A stretch of 63,998 bases of DNA, counting the filler, from Sandaracinaceae bacterium (GTDB lineage Bacteria > Myxococcota_A > Polyangia > Polyangiales > JADJQN01), in NCBI GenBank assembly GCA_947483975.1. It is 12 parts of 12 records of this genome, joined end to end, with 100 filler letters (N's around TTAATTAATTAA, not from the genome) between each part and the next. Parts side by side here need not be neighbours in the genome. Positions count along the whole stretch, not along the records: positions 27,001 to 32,256 come from CANKOL010000364.1; positions 32,357 to 37,600 come from CANKOL010000365.1; positions 37,701 to 42,935 come from CANKOL010000366.1; 9 more parts are not named here. One strand, written 5' to 3'. Shown one piece after another: positions 29,112 through 41,790 of this stretch. A program made the translations under genes and the position numbers. The notes beneath the pieces were generated by a model, which was not told the DNA's origin, ran no database searches, and saw nothing but the letters and a program-made list of their open reading frames with translations. Positions within the stretch are counted from its first letter, which is position 1. Every line of letters begins with the position of its first letter.

Positions 29112-31064
29112 ATGAGCCACACTCGATTCGCTCACTCCCGCGCTCTCCTGCTCGCGCTCGCGAGCGCGTCATCGTTTCTCGCCTGCGAGGCGCCGCCGCA
29201 GGACGTGTTCCGCGCCGACGGCGGCGTGTCGCCCGACCCGCACGGAGTGATGCGCGGCACGGTCGTCTACGCCGGCCCACGCCTGCCCTGCGACTGGACG
29301 CTCGACGACACCTACCTCGACGAGGACCGCGTCCCGAGCGTGCGCGGGCGCGTGATCCTGACGCTCTTCGACGCGCACAACCCGCCGCCGCCCGAGGGCA
29401 GCGCGACGAGCGCCGTCAACCTGCTCGCGATCGACGGAGCGGAGCTCTTCGGCACCGAGCCGACGCGCCTGCGCGACGTCTGTCAGCCGCTCCACCCGAC
29501 CGGCGCCGAGGGCCCCGCGACGGGCTCCGCGCCCTTCGTGTGGCCCGACCTCGAGCTCGGTCGCTCGTACCAGATCCGCGGCTTCTACGACTCGGACGAG
29601 GACTTCAGCCCGTTCTTCTCGGTGCGCAACAGCCCGACCGCGGGGGACGTCGGCGGCGGCGCGCTCGTCGACCCGACCTCGCCCGTCGTGCGCTATCAGC
29701 CGATCACGTTCGGCCCCGTCGCCGAGCACCTGCGCGGCCAGGAGCTGACCGGCGTCACCGTCTCGCTCGGCGCCGTCGTGACGACCGAGCGCCCAGCGTT
29801 CCGCTACGAGGGCACGGGCACCTTCTCGAGCCAGGCGCTCCTGCCGACGACGGCGGACACGACCGCCGCCGACGCGGAGCTTTGGGACCTGACCATGTCG
29901 AAGCTGACGCTGCTCTCGGACGCGGACCCGGGGCTCACCGCGGCGTTCGAGGCGGGCGGCGTGCAGGTCGACTTCGCGAACCGCTACGCGAACCAGTGGT
30001 ACGTGCGCGACGTCGACGTCTCGAACAACACCACCGGCGCGCCCGGCGCCGACGGCGTCGCGGACCCGCACCCGATCCTCGGGCGCACGCGCAACGTGAA
30101 GTGGGTCACGCCGATCATCCTGATGACGCGCGCGCAGACCGAAGCCGAGGTCCGCGCGCACATCCCGGCGGTCCTGCTGATCCCGTCGGTGCGCCCCGCG
30201 GTCGTGCTGCTCGGCAACACGCGCGCGATGTATCCGTCCCTGCCGATCTCGATCGCGCCGGTCGGCGTCGTGGTGCTCGATCCCACGCTGCCGCAGTGCC
30301 GCGTCCCGTTCGTGCCGCCAGGCAATCAGCGCGAGCTCTACAGCCCGGACGACGGCAGCGTGCCCGGCGGGATCCCCACGGACTGCCAGGAAGTGCCGAC
30401 CGGCGAGTACACGATCAACGTGCTCCACGGCGTCGTGCGCGGGCGCCGGGCGGGCGGTCAGGCGTGCGCCGACGCGTCGATGTGCGACCAAGACGAGTCG
30501 CTCGTCTCGGGCATCGTGCGGTGCACCGCGGGCGCCTGCGCGATCAGCGAGTCGCAGAGCGGCGTCGACCTCTTGAGCGGGCTCTTCTCGAGCCAGACGT
30601 GGACCGTGCCCAACGACCTCGGCGCGCCCGACGTCTTCTACAACCGCTACGCGCGCAATCAGCTCGACCCGCTCCCGGCGGGCGGCGGGGCGCTCCCGAC
30701 GCAGCCCGGGCCGGGCTCGCTCCTGCTCGCCTCGCAGAGCCCGAGCGCGCGCTTCTTCGTCTTCGATCCGGACGACGGCAACCCCGGTCACCAATACGAC
30801 GCCGCGGCGCGCCGCGACGTGCGCGCGCCGGCGTGCGAGTCCGCCGTGCCCGCTGCCGGCGGCGAGGCGCTGCCCTTCACGCCGCTCGCCGTCCCCGCCG
30901 AGTGCTGCGCCGCCGTCGCGTCGCTCTGCCATCTGCCGCTCTGCGCGCTCGCGACGCTGCCCGGGCGCACCGAGCGCAGCCGCTTCCTGACGAGCGCCGA
31001 CCTCGACGCGGCGGGCAAGCCGAGCTGCGTGCCCTTCGCGATCCCGGCGAGCTGCTGCCCGTGA
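29112..31064 (+). CDS. large Cys-containing lipoprotein, unknown function
   Basis: Lipobox FLAC; starts 1 nt after receptor stop. Confidence 0.8.
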   Translation: MSHTRFAHSRALLLALASASSFLACEAPPQDVFRADGGVSPDPHGVMRGTVVYAGPRLPCDWTLDDTYLDEDRVPSVRGRVILTLFDAHNPPPPEGSATSAVNLLAIDGAELFGTEPTRLRDVCQPLHPTGAEGPATGSAPFVWPDLELGRSYQIRGFYDSDEDFSPFFSVRNSPTAGDVGGGALVDPTSPVVRYQPITFGPVAEHLRGQELTGVTVSLGAVVTTERPAFRYEGTGTFSSQALLPTTADTTAADAELWDLTMSKLTLLSDADPGLTAAFEAGGVQVDFANRYANQWYVRDVDVSNNTTGAPGADGVADPHPILGRTRNVKWVTPIILMTRAQTEAEVRAHIPAVLLIPSVRPAVVLLGNTRAMYPSLPISIAPVGVVVLDPTLPQCRVPFVPPGNQRELYSPDDGSVPGGIPTDCQEVPTGEYTINVLHGVVRGRRAGGQACADASMCDQDESLVSGIVRCTAGACAISESQSGVDLLSGLFSSQTWTVPNDLGAPDVFYNRYARNQLDPLPAGGGALPTQPGPGSLLLASQSPSARFFVFDPDDGNPGHQYDAAARRDVRAPACESAVPAAGGEALPFTPLAVPAECCAAVASLCHLPLCALATLPGRTERSRFLTSADLDAAGKPSCVPFAIPASCCP

Positions 31065-31108
31065 CGCGCGCCCTCCCGCCCAGCCCTCGAGCGAAAGGTC
31101 CCCCGACG

Positions 31109-32256
31109 ATGCCGCGAACGACTAGCCCCTGGAGCGTCCTGCCTGCGGCGCTGCTGTGCGCGGCGCTGCCGCTCGCGGGCTGCAATGTGCCGCTGCCGGA
31201 CGACCCCGACGGCGGGGCCACGGATATGGCGCTGCGCCGACGGGACCTCGGCGGCGACGCGGCCGCGCTCGATCTCGGCATGGCGCAAGATCTCGGAGAG
31301 CCCACGGACCTCGGAGAGCCAAGCGATCTTGGAGAACCCGTCGATCTTGGAGAGCCTGCGGATCTCGGCGTCCTCGACGACGCGGGCCCTCCCGGCGCCG
31401 TCGGCGTCCGGTTCGCGCACCTGATCCCCGGCGGCGTCGCGGAGACGACCGTCGTCGGCACGAGCGCGATCACGCTCCCGGTGCGCCTCTGCATCTACAC
31501 CTACCTGCCGCCCCGCACCGCGCCCGTCGCGACGCAGGCGCCGACCGCGCTTCCGCCCGCGCCCGCGTCGCCGGGCACGGTGTCGTTCCTCCCGTTCCGC
31601 GCGATCTCGGGCGCGTACAACACCTCGCTCTTCACGGCGCTCGACGTCGTCTACCGCGTGCGCGTCTACACCGTCGGCCCGACCGGCATCGGCATGGACG
31701 ACGTCGCCTGCCCGACCTACGGCACGACCTCGCCGCCGCCGCTGATCGAGCAAGACGTCCCCGGCGCCGCCGTGCAGCTCGGGCACAGCTACACCGCCGT
31801 CGCGCTCGGCCTCGTGCCCGGCACGCTCGGCTCGACGCCGCCCGCGCTCCCCGCGGTGTGCGGCGCCGCGTTCGACACCGCGTGCCCCGGCACCGGCGTC
31901 GGCAGCCGCGCGCCCGCCCTCGCGCTCCTCGACGACGACGTCAGCGCCCCGTCGGCGGGGCACGCGAAGCTGCGCGTGATGCACGGGATCGCGAACGGCC
32001 CGCCGGTCGACGTCTGCTACGACGCCGACGGCCCCGGCGGCACGGCCGAGTCAGCCGTCGCGGCGAACGTCAGCTACGGCACGGCCTCGGCGTACCTCGA
32101 GGTCCCGGCGCCGCTCGCCTCGGGCGCGCTCAACGTGCACATCGCCTCGGCGACGGCGTGCGCGGGCCCCGTGATCGGGCAACTGCCGATGCCGATCCCG
32201 GCGGGCGCGATCCCCGCGGGCCTCCTCGCGGCCGGCGCGACCAACGACGTGCTCGC
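31109..32256 (+). CDS. DUF4397-like lipoprotein with DLG repeats, 3'-partial
   Basis: Lipobox LAGC; VRFAHLIP, YTAVALG, AKLRVMHGIANGPPVDV, NVSYG..SAYL. Confidence 0.75.
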
Positions 32257-32356
32257 NNNNNNNNNNNNNNNNNNNNNNNNNNNNNNNNNNNNNNNNNNNN
32301 TTAATTAATTAANNNNNNNNNNNNNNNNNNNNNNNNNNNNNNNNNNNNNNNNNNNN

Positions 32357-33613
32357 GACCGCCGCGAGCACGCGCTCGTAGAGCGTCGTCGCGCCCGCGA
32401 GGTCGTCGAGCTTCTCGGCGCGCACCTCGGCGGCGGCGGAGAGCAACTCGGCGACGCGGTCGGGCTGCGTCGACGCCTCGGCCGCCGCGATCAGGCCCTC
32501 GGCGTGCCGCGCGTGCGCGCCCGTCTTCTCGGCGAGCGCGCGCAGCTCCCCTTCAGCGGCGAGGTCTGCGGGCGCGATGGCCAGGAGCGCGAGGAACTGC
32601 TCCATCGCCTCCGCGTGCTTGCCAGCGGCGGCGAGCCGCAGGCCGATGTCCCGACGCAGGGCGGGCTCTTCCGACTTCTCTCCGCGGCCGAGCGCGAGCT
32701 CGAGGACGCGGATGACGTCGGCCTCGCGCCCCTGCTCTTCATAGCGGGAGCGCAGCAGCACGAGGGCGCGCTCGCGCACCTCGCCGCTCGCCTCCGGCGC
32801 CGCGAGGATCCGCTCGAGCAGCGGCAACGCCGCCGCCTCGTCGCCCTCGTCGAGGAGCTGCCGCGTCTCGACGAGCGCAGCCGACACATCCCGGAGCTGC
32901 ATCAGGAAGCACTCGGCGATGCGCGCGCGGAGCGCCGTCGCGTCCTGCGGCGTCGACGCCGTCTCGATGCGCGCCTTCCAGAGGTCGATCAGGTCCCGGA
33001 AGCGCTCCTGACGCTCGAGCAAGCGCTCGAGGGACGACGCGATCTGCCCATCGCCCGGGCGCGCCGTGAAGAGCTGCTGCAGGTAGCCGATCGCGCGATC
33101 GGCGTCGCCCGCGAAGTCCTTCGCGACGTTCGCCGCCTCGTCGAGGAGCTCGAGGCGCCGCGCAGGAGACGTCGCCGCCGCGATCGCGCGGTCGTAGAGC
33201 GCGAGCAGCTCGGACCAGCGTGCGCCCGCCGTCAGCACGACGGCGAGCCGCTCGAGCGGGAAGGTCGCCGACGGATCGATCTCGAGCACGCGCGTCAGCA
33301 CGCGGACGAGCGCCGGCGCATCGTCGCCGAACCACTCCGCGTGAAAGCGCGCGGCGCGCTCGCCGAGCGACACCGCGAGCGGCGCCGGGAGCGCCTGCTC
33401 GAGCGCGGCGACGAAGAGCTCCGACACCTCGTCGGGTCGCTGCAGCTCTGCGGCGAGCTCCTCGAGCGCGTCCCAGAGGTCGTCGCGCTGCGGCTCCGCG
33501 CGCGTCTCGCCGAGGAGCTGCGCGAAGCGCTCGTCGCCGGGCGCTGCCGAGCTGCTTGCCGGGGTGTTCTTCTTCGCCTGCTTCGTGTCGCCGGAACGGG
33601 AATTACGGTCCAT
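32357..33613 (-). CDS. large TPR-repeat protein (gliding-motility AgmK/AgmU-like), 3'-partial
   Basis: Repeated VLEIDP..LERL, W.ELL.LY helical repeats. Confidence 0.8.
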
Positions 33614-33691
33614 TTTCCCCTCGGTACGTCGGCCAAGAGCCGCGCGGGCGACGACAATACCAGCGTCCGCTTCGATCTGATCACATCGAAT

Positions 33692-33708
33692 TCCGGAAAG
33701 TTTCGGGA
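33692..33708. promoter_or_regulatory. imperfect palindrome TCCGGAAA-G-TTTCGGGA in divergent intergenic region
   Basis: 7/8 inverted repeat; resembles site at 57123. Confidence 0.35.
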
Positions 33709-33731
33709 GGCTCCTGTGGCACGCTCCGGGC

Positions 33732-34466
33732 GTGTCCGAAGCCGCGTCGGCCCTCAGCGAACGGGAGCAGGCGCTCGTCGCGGCCGCCCTGCGCGTCTAC
33801 CGGCGGTATCAGGTCGAGATCGTCGAGGGGCTCGGCCTCTGCCCGTGGGCCGAGCGCGCCCGCCTCGACGGCCATGTGCGCGAGCGCGTCGTGCTCCTGC
33901 GCGAGCCGGACGCCGTCGCGGCCGCCGACGCGCTCGCCGCGCTCATCGAGGACCCGCAGGTAGAGATCGGCCTGCTGCTCTTCCCGCGGCTGCGCTTGGG
34001 CCGCCTCGACTTCGAGCGCTTCGTGGCGCGCGTCCGAGACGAGCACACCCGCCGCGACGAGGCTCCGGCGGACGCCGGTGGGGCCCGCGGCGGCGCTCGG
34101 ATGGCCCTCGCGGCGTTTCACCCCGACGCGCCGCCCGAGCTCTCCGAGGCCGCCCGGCTCGTGCCGTTTCTCCGCCGCTCCCCGGATCCCACGATCCAGC
34201 TCGTGCGCCGCAGCGTCCTCGAGAGCGTCCGCGCGACCGATGAGGCGCACGGCACCGGCCTCGTCGACCTCGCGACGCTCGACGTCGAGGCGTTCCTCGC
34301 GGCGCCCGCGCAGCGCCCCATCTACGAGAACGTCGCGGCGCACAACCTGGCGACCGTCACGAGGCTCGGCCCCGACGCCGTCGAGGCCATCCTCTGCGAC
34401 ATCCGCGCGGAGCGCGACGCGCTCTACGAGGCGCTCGGCGAGTCGGCGGCCGCGCGCGCTCAATAA
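33732..34466 (+). CDS. DUF1415-family protein
   Basis: GLGLCPWA, AAFHP, RRSPDPTIQLVR, IYENVAAHN. Confidence 0.8.
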   Translation: MSEAASALSEREQALVAAALRVYRRYQVEIVEGLGLCPWAERARLDGHVRERVVLLREPDAVAAADALAALIEDPQVEIGLLLFPRLRLGRLDFERFVARVRDEHTRRDEAPADAGGARGGARMALAAFHPDAPPELSEAARLVPFLRRSPDPTIQLVRRSVLESVRATDEAHGTGLVDLATLDVEAFLAAPAQRPIYENVAAHNLATVTRLGPDAVEAILCDIRAERDALYEALGESAAARAQ

Positions 34467-35422
34467 AGCGTGCAGTACTCGGCGGTGACCATCTCACTGA
34501 TCGCCGTCGCCATGTCGAGCGTGCCCGCGCGCACGTCGCGGATCGACCACGCCTGGCCGCCCGTCGCGACGGGGAGCGAGTCGCGCCCGGCGTACGGCTC
34601 GTGAAAGCCGCGCCCGACGTTGCTGCTCGTGCCAGCGCCGCACTCCTCGCCCGCGCCCGGCGCGGCGAACGCGCCGACGCGGATCTCCTGCCGCTGTAGC
34701 TCCGCGACGACCTCGTCGTAGGTGTGCTCGACCGCGATGCCGTCGCCGCCGAAGCCCGAGCCGCTCAGCACGGCCGGCCGTTCGGCGAACGTGTCGTCGG
34801 TGACGTGGATGACGATGCGCGTCGCCCCGGTGCGCCAAGGGCAGGTCGTCGCCGCGAGGTAGAGCGCGTCGAGGGAATTCTCTGCGCAGTCCGAGTTCGC
34901 GTTGCCGCCGCCTGGCTGACCGTTGGTCGCGCAGAACGAGCGCCAGCGGTCGAAGGCGGCCTCCATGTCCGGCACCGACGCGAACGGCGCGCACGACGCC
35001 TCGGCGACCGCGTTGTCGACGAACACCACCAGCGAGAACTGCGTGTCGGCCGTCAGCGCCTGCGCGGCCTCCGAGATGCTGCGCAGGCCCGTGCGCACGC
35101 GCGCGAGGTCGTCGCCCATCGACGTGCTGACGTCGACGACGAAGACGACGTCGATCGGCGCCGTGCAGAGCGGGGTCGGGCCGAGGTCGAGCGGCGGCCC
35201 GAAGTCCAGCGGCGTGCCGCCGTCCGCGCGACAGCTCGCCTGCGCCGCGCAGTTGCCGTCGTAGCAGTCGACGAAGCCGTCGTGGTCGTTGTCGAGCCCG
35301 TCCGAGCACGTCGCGGCCGTGCTCTCGACCGAGCCCGCGGGCGTCCCCGTCCGGTCGCGCCCACCGCAGGCAGCGAGGCCGACGAGCACACCAAGCGCGA
35401 GCGAAGCGAAGCGTCGAGTCAT
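34460..35422 (-). CDS. vWA-domain lipoprotein
   Basis: Lipobox LAAC; CSDGLDND.DGFVDC motif; MIDAS DVSTSM; HVTD. Confidence 0.85.
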   Translation of the reverse strand: MTRRFASLALGVLVGLAACGGRDRTGTPAGSVESTAATCSDGLDNDHDGFVDCYDGNCAAQASCRADGGTPLDFGPPLDLGPTPLCTAPIDVVFVVDVSTSMGDDLARVRTGLRSISEAAQALTADTQFSLVVFVDNAVAEASCAPFASVPDMEAAFDRWRSFCATNGQPGGGNANSDCAENSLDALYLAATTCPWRTGATRIVIHVTDDTFAERPAVLSGSGFGGDGIAVEHTYDEVVAELQRQEIRVGAFAAPGAGEECGAGTSSNVGRGFHEPYAGRDSLPVATGGQAWSIRDVRAGTLDMATAISEMVTAEYCTLY

Positions 35423-35488
35423 GCAGCTCTCCCGCGCGCAGCGTCTCACGGCAGCGCCCTCGCAGTCATCTGCGCGGCCGCCGCGCCG

Positions 35489-36568
35489 TCACCCCCGGTC
35501 GAGAAACGCGAGCACCGGCTCAAACAGCTCCCGCGCGACCGCCTCCCCCGCGGCGAGGTCGCCGTGCCCATAGTCCGCGCTCGACCCGTGCGCGACGCCG
35601 AGCACCGCGAACGACTTGTCCGTGAAGCCCGGCACGTTCGCGCCCCACGCGTCGTGCGCCGCGCGCACCGAGTCAGGCGGGGCGAGCCCGTCGGCCGCGC
35701 CCGCATAGAACGCCACCGGCGTCTCGACGCCGTGCAGCCCGTCGAGGAGGCGCGCGCCGTCGAGCCGCAGCTCCCCGTCGGCGAAGCCCCACGCCGCGAA
35801 GTCCGCCAAGAGCGCCCCCGGCAGGTCCTCGATCATGTTGACGAGCGCCGCGCCCGCGAGGCCCGGCGGCATGTTGCGCGGGTTGTAGACGACGTGGTGC
35901 AGCGGCGTCGTCGGCAGCCAGTCGGCGGCGAACGCGGTCAGCCGCGAGAGCACGCGCACGGGCAAGCTCGGCGTCAGCGCGCGCGGCAGAAAGCGCAGCG
36001 CGCGCATCGCCGAGAGCGGCAGCACGATGCGCCCCGGCGAGCCCACGAGCACCGCGCGGCGCACCTCCGCGAGCGGCACCGTCCGCCCGAGCCCGGCATA
36101 GAGCAGCATCCCGCCCATCGAGAAGCCGACGTAGTCGAGCGCCGGCTGCCCCGTGTGCGCGAGCACGGCGCGCACCGCCGTCGGCACATCGTGCTTCACC
36201 ATCGCGTCGAAGCGCATCAGCCGCGCGGGCGTCGGGAGCGCGCTCCGCAGCCTGAGCAGCCAGACGTCGCGCCCCGCGGCGGCGAGCACGCGCGCGAGCG
36301 AGCGGTCGTTCGTGAGGTCGAGGTTGCGATGGTTCGCGCCGATGCCGTGCACGATCAGCACGGGCGGCAGCGGCGGCTCGCGCACCTCGTCGGACGGCTC
36401 GTGCGCGAGGTGCCGAAGCTCGATCGCCGCACCGTCGGCGAGCGCGAGGCGCTCGGTCGAGGCGTAGTGCAGCGGCACCGTCAGCTTGCGGACCCAGTAA
36501 CGCAGGTGCAGCCAGCCGGCGAGCCCGAGCGCGACGAGCACGGCGACTACGGTGAGAGCGACCGACAT
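35489..36568 (-). CDS. alpha/beta hydrolase with N-terminal anchor (PhaC/lipase-like)
   Basis: LIVHG, GFSMGG nucleophile, GAADGL, YGHGDL. Confidence 0.85.
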   Translation of the reverse strand: MSVALTVVAVLVALGLAGWLHLRYWVRKLTVPLHYASTERLALADGAAIELRHLAHEPSDEVREPPLPPVLIVHGIGANHRNLDLTNDRSLARVLAAAGRDVWLLRLRSALPTPARLMRFDAMVKHDVPTAVRAVLAHTGQPALDYVGFSMGGMLLYAGLGRTVPLAEVRRAVLVGSPGRIVLPLSAMRALRFLPRALTPSLPVRVLSRLTAFAADWLPTTPLHHVVYNPRNMPPGLAGAALVNMIEDLPGALLADFAAWGFADGELRLDGARLLDGLHGVETPVAFYAGAADGLAPPDSVRAAHDAWGANVPGFTDKSFAVLGVAHGSSADYGHGDLAAGEAVARELFEPVLAFLDRG

Positions 36569-36612
36569 CCAGGGCTGCACGCGCCGCAATATGGGGCCGC
36601 CGCGCGCGGGCG

Positions 36613-37600
36613 CTACCTTCGCTGCACGTAGTCGTCGAGGTCGAGGCGGCGCGTGCGCGCCCAGTACTCGAGCGTCAGCCCGGGCCAGAGCGCGACGATG
36701 CGGCCGTCGGGCGCCTGGTACCAGCTCGTGCAGCCCGACGCCCAGATGGTGTCGCGCAGCTTGCGCTGAATTTCCTCGTCGTACGCCCGCTGCACCTCGG
36801 CGCGCACGTCGAGCGACACGAGCGCTCGCTCCCGGAGCGCGCGCACGCACTGCACCGCGTACCGCGCCTGCGCCTCGATCATGAAGACCATCGAGCTGCT
36901 GCCGAGCCCGGTGTTCGGGCCCATCAGCAAGCACAAGTTCGGAAAGCCGCTGACCGTGAGCCCGAGGAACGTCTCCGGCGCGCCATGCCAGGTCTCGTTG
37001 AGCTCGCGCCCGCCCGCGCCGCGCACCTCGAGCTTCGAGAGGTACGCGTTCGTCCGAAAGCCCGTGCAGTAGACGAGCACGTCGAGGTCGCGCTCGCGCC
37101 CATCGACGGTGCGCACGCCGCGCGCGGTCAGCTCGGCGATGCCCTCGCTGACGAGCTCGACGTTCGGGCGCAGGAACGCCGGGAAGTAGTCGTTCGACAC
37201 GAGCACGCGCTTGCAGCCGAGGCGGTAGCTCGGCGTGAGCCGGGACCGCAGCGCGGGGTCGGGGACGCTGGCGCGCAGGTGCTCGACGCCCATCCTCTCG
37301 GCGAGCTTCGCGAAGCGCGCGCCGCGGACGAAGGCGAGGCTGGTCAGCTCGTTTCGCCAGTAAATCGCAGCTCGCTGCGCGCGCCTCGCGAGCGGCAGGC
37401 GCGCAAAGATCGCCTGCTCGAGCGGCGTGTACGCGCGGTCGAGGCGCGGCACGACCCACGCGGGGCTGCGTTGAAAGACGTGCAGCTGCGCGACCTGCGC
37501 CGCGATCGACGGCACGATCTGAATGGCGCTCGCGCCCGTCCCGATCACGCCGACGCGCTTGCCGCGCAGGTCGACGCCGTGGTCCCAGCACGCCGAGTGA
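36613..37600 (-). CDS. flavin-containing (Baeyer-Villiger-type) monooxygenase, 5'-partial
   Basis: HSACWDH, IGTGASAIQ, GCKRVL, CTGF, FPNL..GPN. Confidence 0.92.
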
Positions 37601-37700
37601 NNNNNNNNNNNNNNNNNNNNNNNNNNNNNNNNNNNNNNNNNNNNTTAATTAATTAANNNNNNNNNNNNNNNNNNNNNNNNNNNNNNNNNNNNNNNNNNNN

Positions 37701-39109
<1,409 letters not shown>

Positions 39110-39148
39110 TCGTCTCTCCGCGACTTTGCTCCCACAGGGAACCCAGCG

Positions 39149-40333
39149 ATGAACATCCACGAGTATCAGGGCAAGCAGCTCTTCAAGAAGTACGGCGTCC
39201 CGACGCTTGCGGGTGTTCCCGCGTTCACGGTCGATGAGGCCGAGGCGGCGGCGACGAAGCTCATTGCCGACAGCGGCAGTGACGTCGTCGTCGTCAAGGC
39301 CCAGATCCACGCTGGCGGCCGCGGCAAGGGCGGCGGCGTCAAGGTGGTCCGGGGAGCAGCGGCGGCGCGCGAAGCGGCGTCGAAGATCCTCGGTATGCAG
39401 CTGATCACGCACCAGACCGGCCCCGAGGGCAAGAAGGTCGCGCGGCTGTTCGTCGAGGCCGGCGCGGCGATCGCGAAGGAGTACTACATCGCGCTCGTGC
39501 TCGACCGCGAGACGCGGCGGGTCGCCGTGATGGTCTCGACCGAGGGCGGCATGGACATCGAGGAGGTCGCCGCTCACACGCCGGAGAAGATCCTGCGCGA
39601 GTGGGTGGACCCGGCCATCGGCTTTGCCGCGTATCAGGGGCGCAAGCTCGCCTTCGCGCTCGGCCTCACGGGCGGCGCGGTCGGCGAGTTCACGAAGCTC
39701 GCGAGCGCGCTCTACGACCTCTACATGAAGGAAGACTGCTCCCTCGTGGAGGTCAACCCGCTCGTCCTCACGAAGGACAACCACGTCCTCGCGCTCGACG
39801 CGAAGATCAACCTCGATGACAACGCGTTCTTCCGCCACAAGGAGTGGAACGAGTGGCGCGATCTCACCGAGGAGGAGCCGACGGAGATCGTCGCGAAGGC
39901 GGCGGACCTCTCCTACGTTCAGCTCGACGGGAACATCGGCTGCCTCGTCAACGGCGCCGGGCTCGCGATGTCCACGATGGACATCATCAAGCACTACGGC
40001 GGTGAGCCGGCGAACTTCCTCGACGTCGGCGGCGGCGCCACGAAGGAAGCCGTCACCAAGGCGTTCACGATCATCCTCACGTCGAAGGACGTGAAGGGCA
40101 TCTTCGTCAACATCTTCGGCGGGATCATGAAGTGCGACACCATCGCCGAGGGCGTCATCGCCGCGACGAAGGAGCTTGGGCTCACCGTGCCGCTGGTCGT
40201 GCGCCTCGAGGGCACGAACGTGGAGCGCGGGCGCAAGATGCTCGACGAGTCGGGGCTGGCCATCACGTCGGCGACGACGATGGCCGATGGTGCGCAGAAG
40301 ATCGTGGCGCTCGTGCAGCAGAGCAAGGGTTGA
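39149..40333 (+). CDS. sucC: succinyl-CoA synthetase beta subunit
   Basis: [39 protein letters not shown]. Confidence 0.98.
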   Translation: MNIHEYQGKQLFKKYGVPTLAGVPAFTVDEAEAAATKLIADSGSDVVVVKAQIHAGGRGKGGGVKVVRGAAAAREAASKILGMQLITHQTGPEGKKVARLFVEAGAAIAKEYYIALVLDRETRRVAVMVSTEGGMDIEEVAAHTPEKILREWVDPAIGFAAYQGRKLAFALGLTGGAVGEFTKLASALYDLYMKEDCSLVEVNPLVLTKDNHVLALDAKINLDDNAFFRHKEWNEWRDLTEEEPTEIVAKAADLSYVQLDGNIGCLVNGAGLAMSTMDIIKHYGGEPANFLDVGGGATKEAVTKAFTIILTSKDVKGIFVNIFGGIMKCDTIAEGVIAATKELGLTVPLVVRLEGTNVERGRKMLDESGLAITSATTMADGAQKIVALVQQSKG

Positions 40334-40339
40334 TCAGCG

Positions 40340-41224
40340 ATGTCCATCCTCATCGACAAGAACACTCGCGTCCTCTTCCAGGGCATCACCGGCTCTGCTG
40401 GTAGCTTCCACGCCAAGCAGTGCATGGAGTACGGCACGACGGTCGTCTCCGGCGTCACGCCCGGCAAGGGCGGCGAGAAGTTCGAGAACACCGTGCCGAT
40501 CTTCGACACCGTGGCCGCCGCGGTGCGCGAGACCGGCGCGAACGCCACGTGCATCTTCGTGCCGCCGCCGTTCGCGGCGGACTCCATCCTCGAGGCGATC
40601 GACGCGGGCGTGCCGCTGATCATCTGCATCACCGAGGGCATCCCGGTCACCGACATGATCCGGGTGCGGCGAGTGCTCGACTCGCAGACCAAGAGCCGGC
40701 TCGTCGGGCCGAACTGTCCGGGCGTGATCACGCCGGGCGAGTGCAAGATCGGCATCATGCCGGGGCACATCCACACCTCGGGCGGGCCCATCGGCGTCAT
40801 CTCGCGCTCCGGCACGCTGACGTACGAGGCGGTTGGGCAGCTGACGGCGCTCGGCATCGGGCAGACGACGTGCGTCGGCATCGGCGGTGACCCGGTCAAC
40901 GGCACCGACTTCGTCGACCTGCTCAAGCTGTTCAACGCCGACGGCAAGACCGAGGGCCTGATCATGATCGGCGAGATCGGCGGCGGCGCCGAGGAGCTCG
41001 GGGCCGAGTACATCAAGGCGCACTTCAAGAAGCCGGTCGTCGGCTTCATCGCCGGCACGACGGCACCTCCGGGCAAGCGCATGGGTCACGCGGGCGCGAT
41101 CATCTCGGGCGGCAAGGGCACCGCGTCCGCGAAGATTCAGGCGATGCGGGAGGCCGGCGTGCACATGGCGGCGACCCCGTCCGAGATGGGCACCACGATG
41201 GCCGCCCTGCTCAAGAAGTCCTGA
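40340..41224 (+). CDS. sucD: succinyl-CoA synthetase alpha subunit
   Basis: [27 protein letters not shown]. Confidence 0.98.
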   Translation: MSILIDKNTRVLFQGITGSAGSFHAKQCMEYGTTVVSGVTPGKGGEKFENTVPIFDTVAAAVRETGANATCIFVPPPFAADSILEAIDAGVPLIICITEGIPVTDMIRVRRVLDSQTKSRLVGPNCPGVITPGECKIGIMPGHIHTSGGPIGVISRSGTLTYEAVGQLTALGIGQTTCVGIGGDPVNGTDFVDLLKLFNADGKTEGLIMIGEIGGGAEELGAEYIKAHFKKPVVGFIAGTTAPPGKRMGHAGAIISGGKGTASAKIQAMREAGVHMAATPSEMGTTMAALLKKS

Positions 41225-41256
41225 GCCCCGGCTCAGCAACAGGAGAACGGATTTTC

Positions 41257-41676
41257 ATGGCGATCGAACGTACGCTGTCCATCATCAAGCCCGACGCAGT
41301 CGAGAAGCACCGCATCGGGGCCATCATCGCGCTCATCGAGGGCGCGGGCCTCGAGGTGAAGGCGGCTCGCATGATTCACCTCTCTCGCCCGGTGGCCGAG
41401 GGCTTCTACGCGGTGCACAAGGAGCGCGGGTTCTTCGGGGAGCTCGTGCAGTTCATGACGCGCGGCCCGGTCGTCGTCATGGCGCTCGAGGGCGAGAACG
41501 CCGTCGCGAAGTACCGTGAGCTGATGGGCGCGACCGACCCGGCGAAGGCCGTGGACGGCACGATCCGCAAGGCCCACGGCGCGAACATCGGCGAGAACGC
41601 CGTGCACGGCTCGGACGCCGCGGAGACCGCGAAGAACGAGATCGCGTACTTCTTCCCGGGCCACGAAGTCCCCTGA
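41257..41676 (+). CDS. ndk: nucleoside diphosphate kinase
   Basis: [21 protein letters not shown]. Confidence 0.98.
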   Translation: MAIERTLSIIKPDAVEKHRIGAIIALIEGAGLEVKAARMIHLSRPVAEGFYAVHKERGFFGELVQFMTRGPVVVMALEGENAVAKYRELMGATDPAKAVDGTIRKAHGANIGENAVHGSDAAETAKNEIAYFFPGHEVP

Positions 41677-41790
41677 TTCGGCGGGCAGGGTAGAGCGAGG
41701 ACGCCTCCGTTCGCGTGAGCGAGCGGGGGCGTTTTTGCGTGGAGGCGCGGGCCGAGGCTCGCGCGGGGCGGATCGGCTACCCTCACCGCG

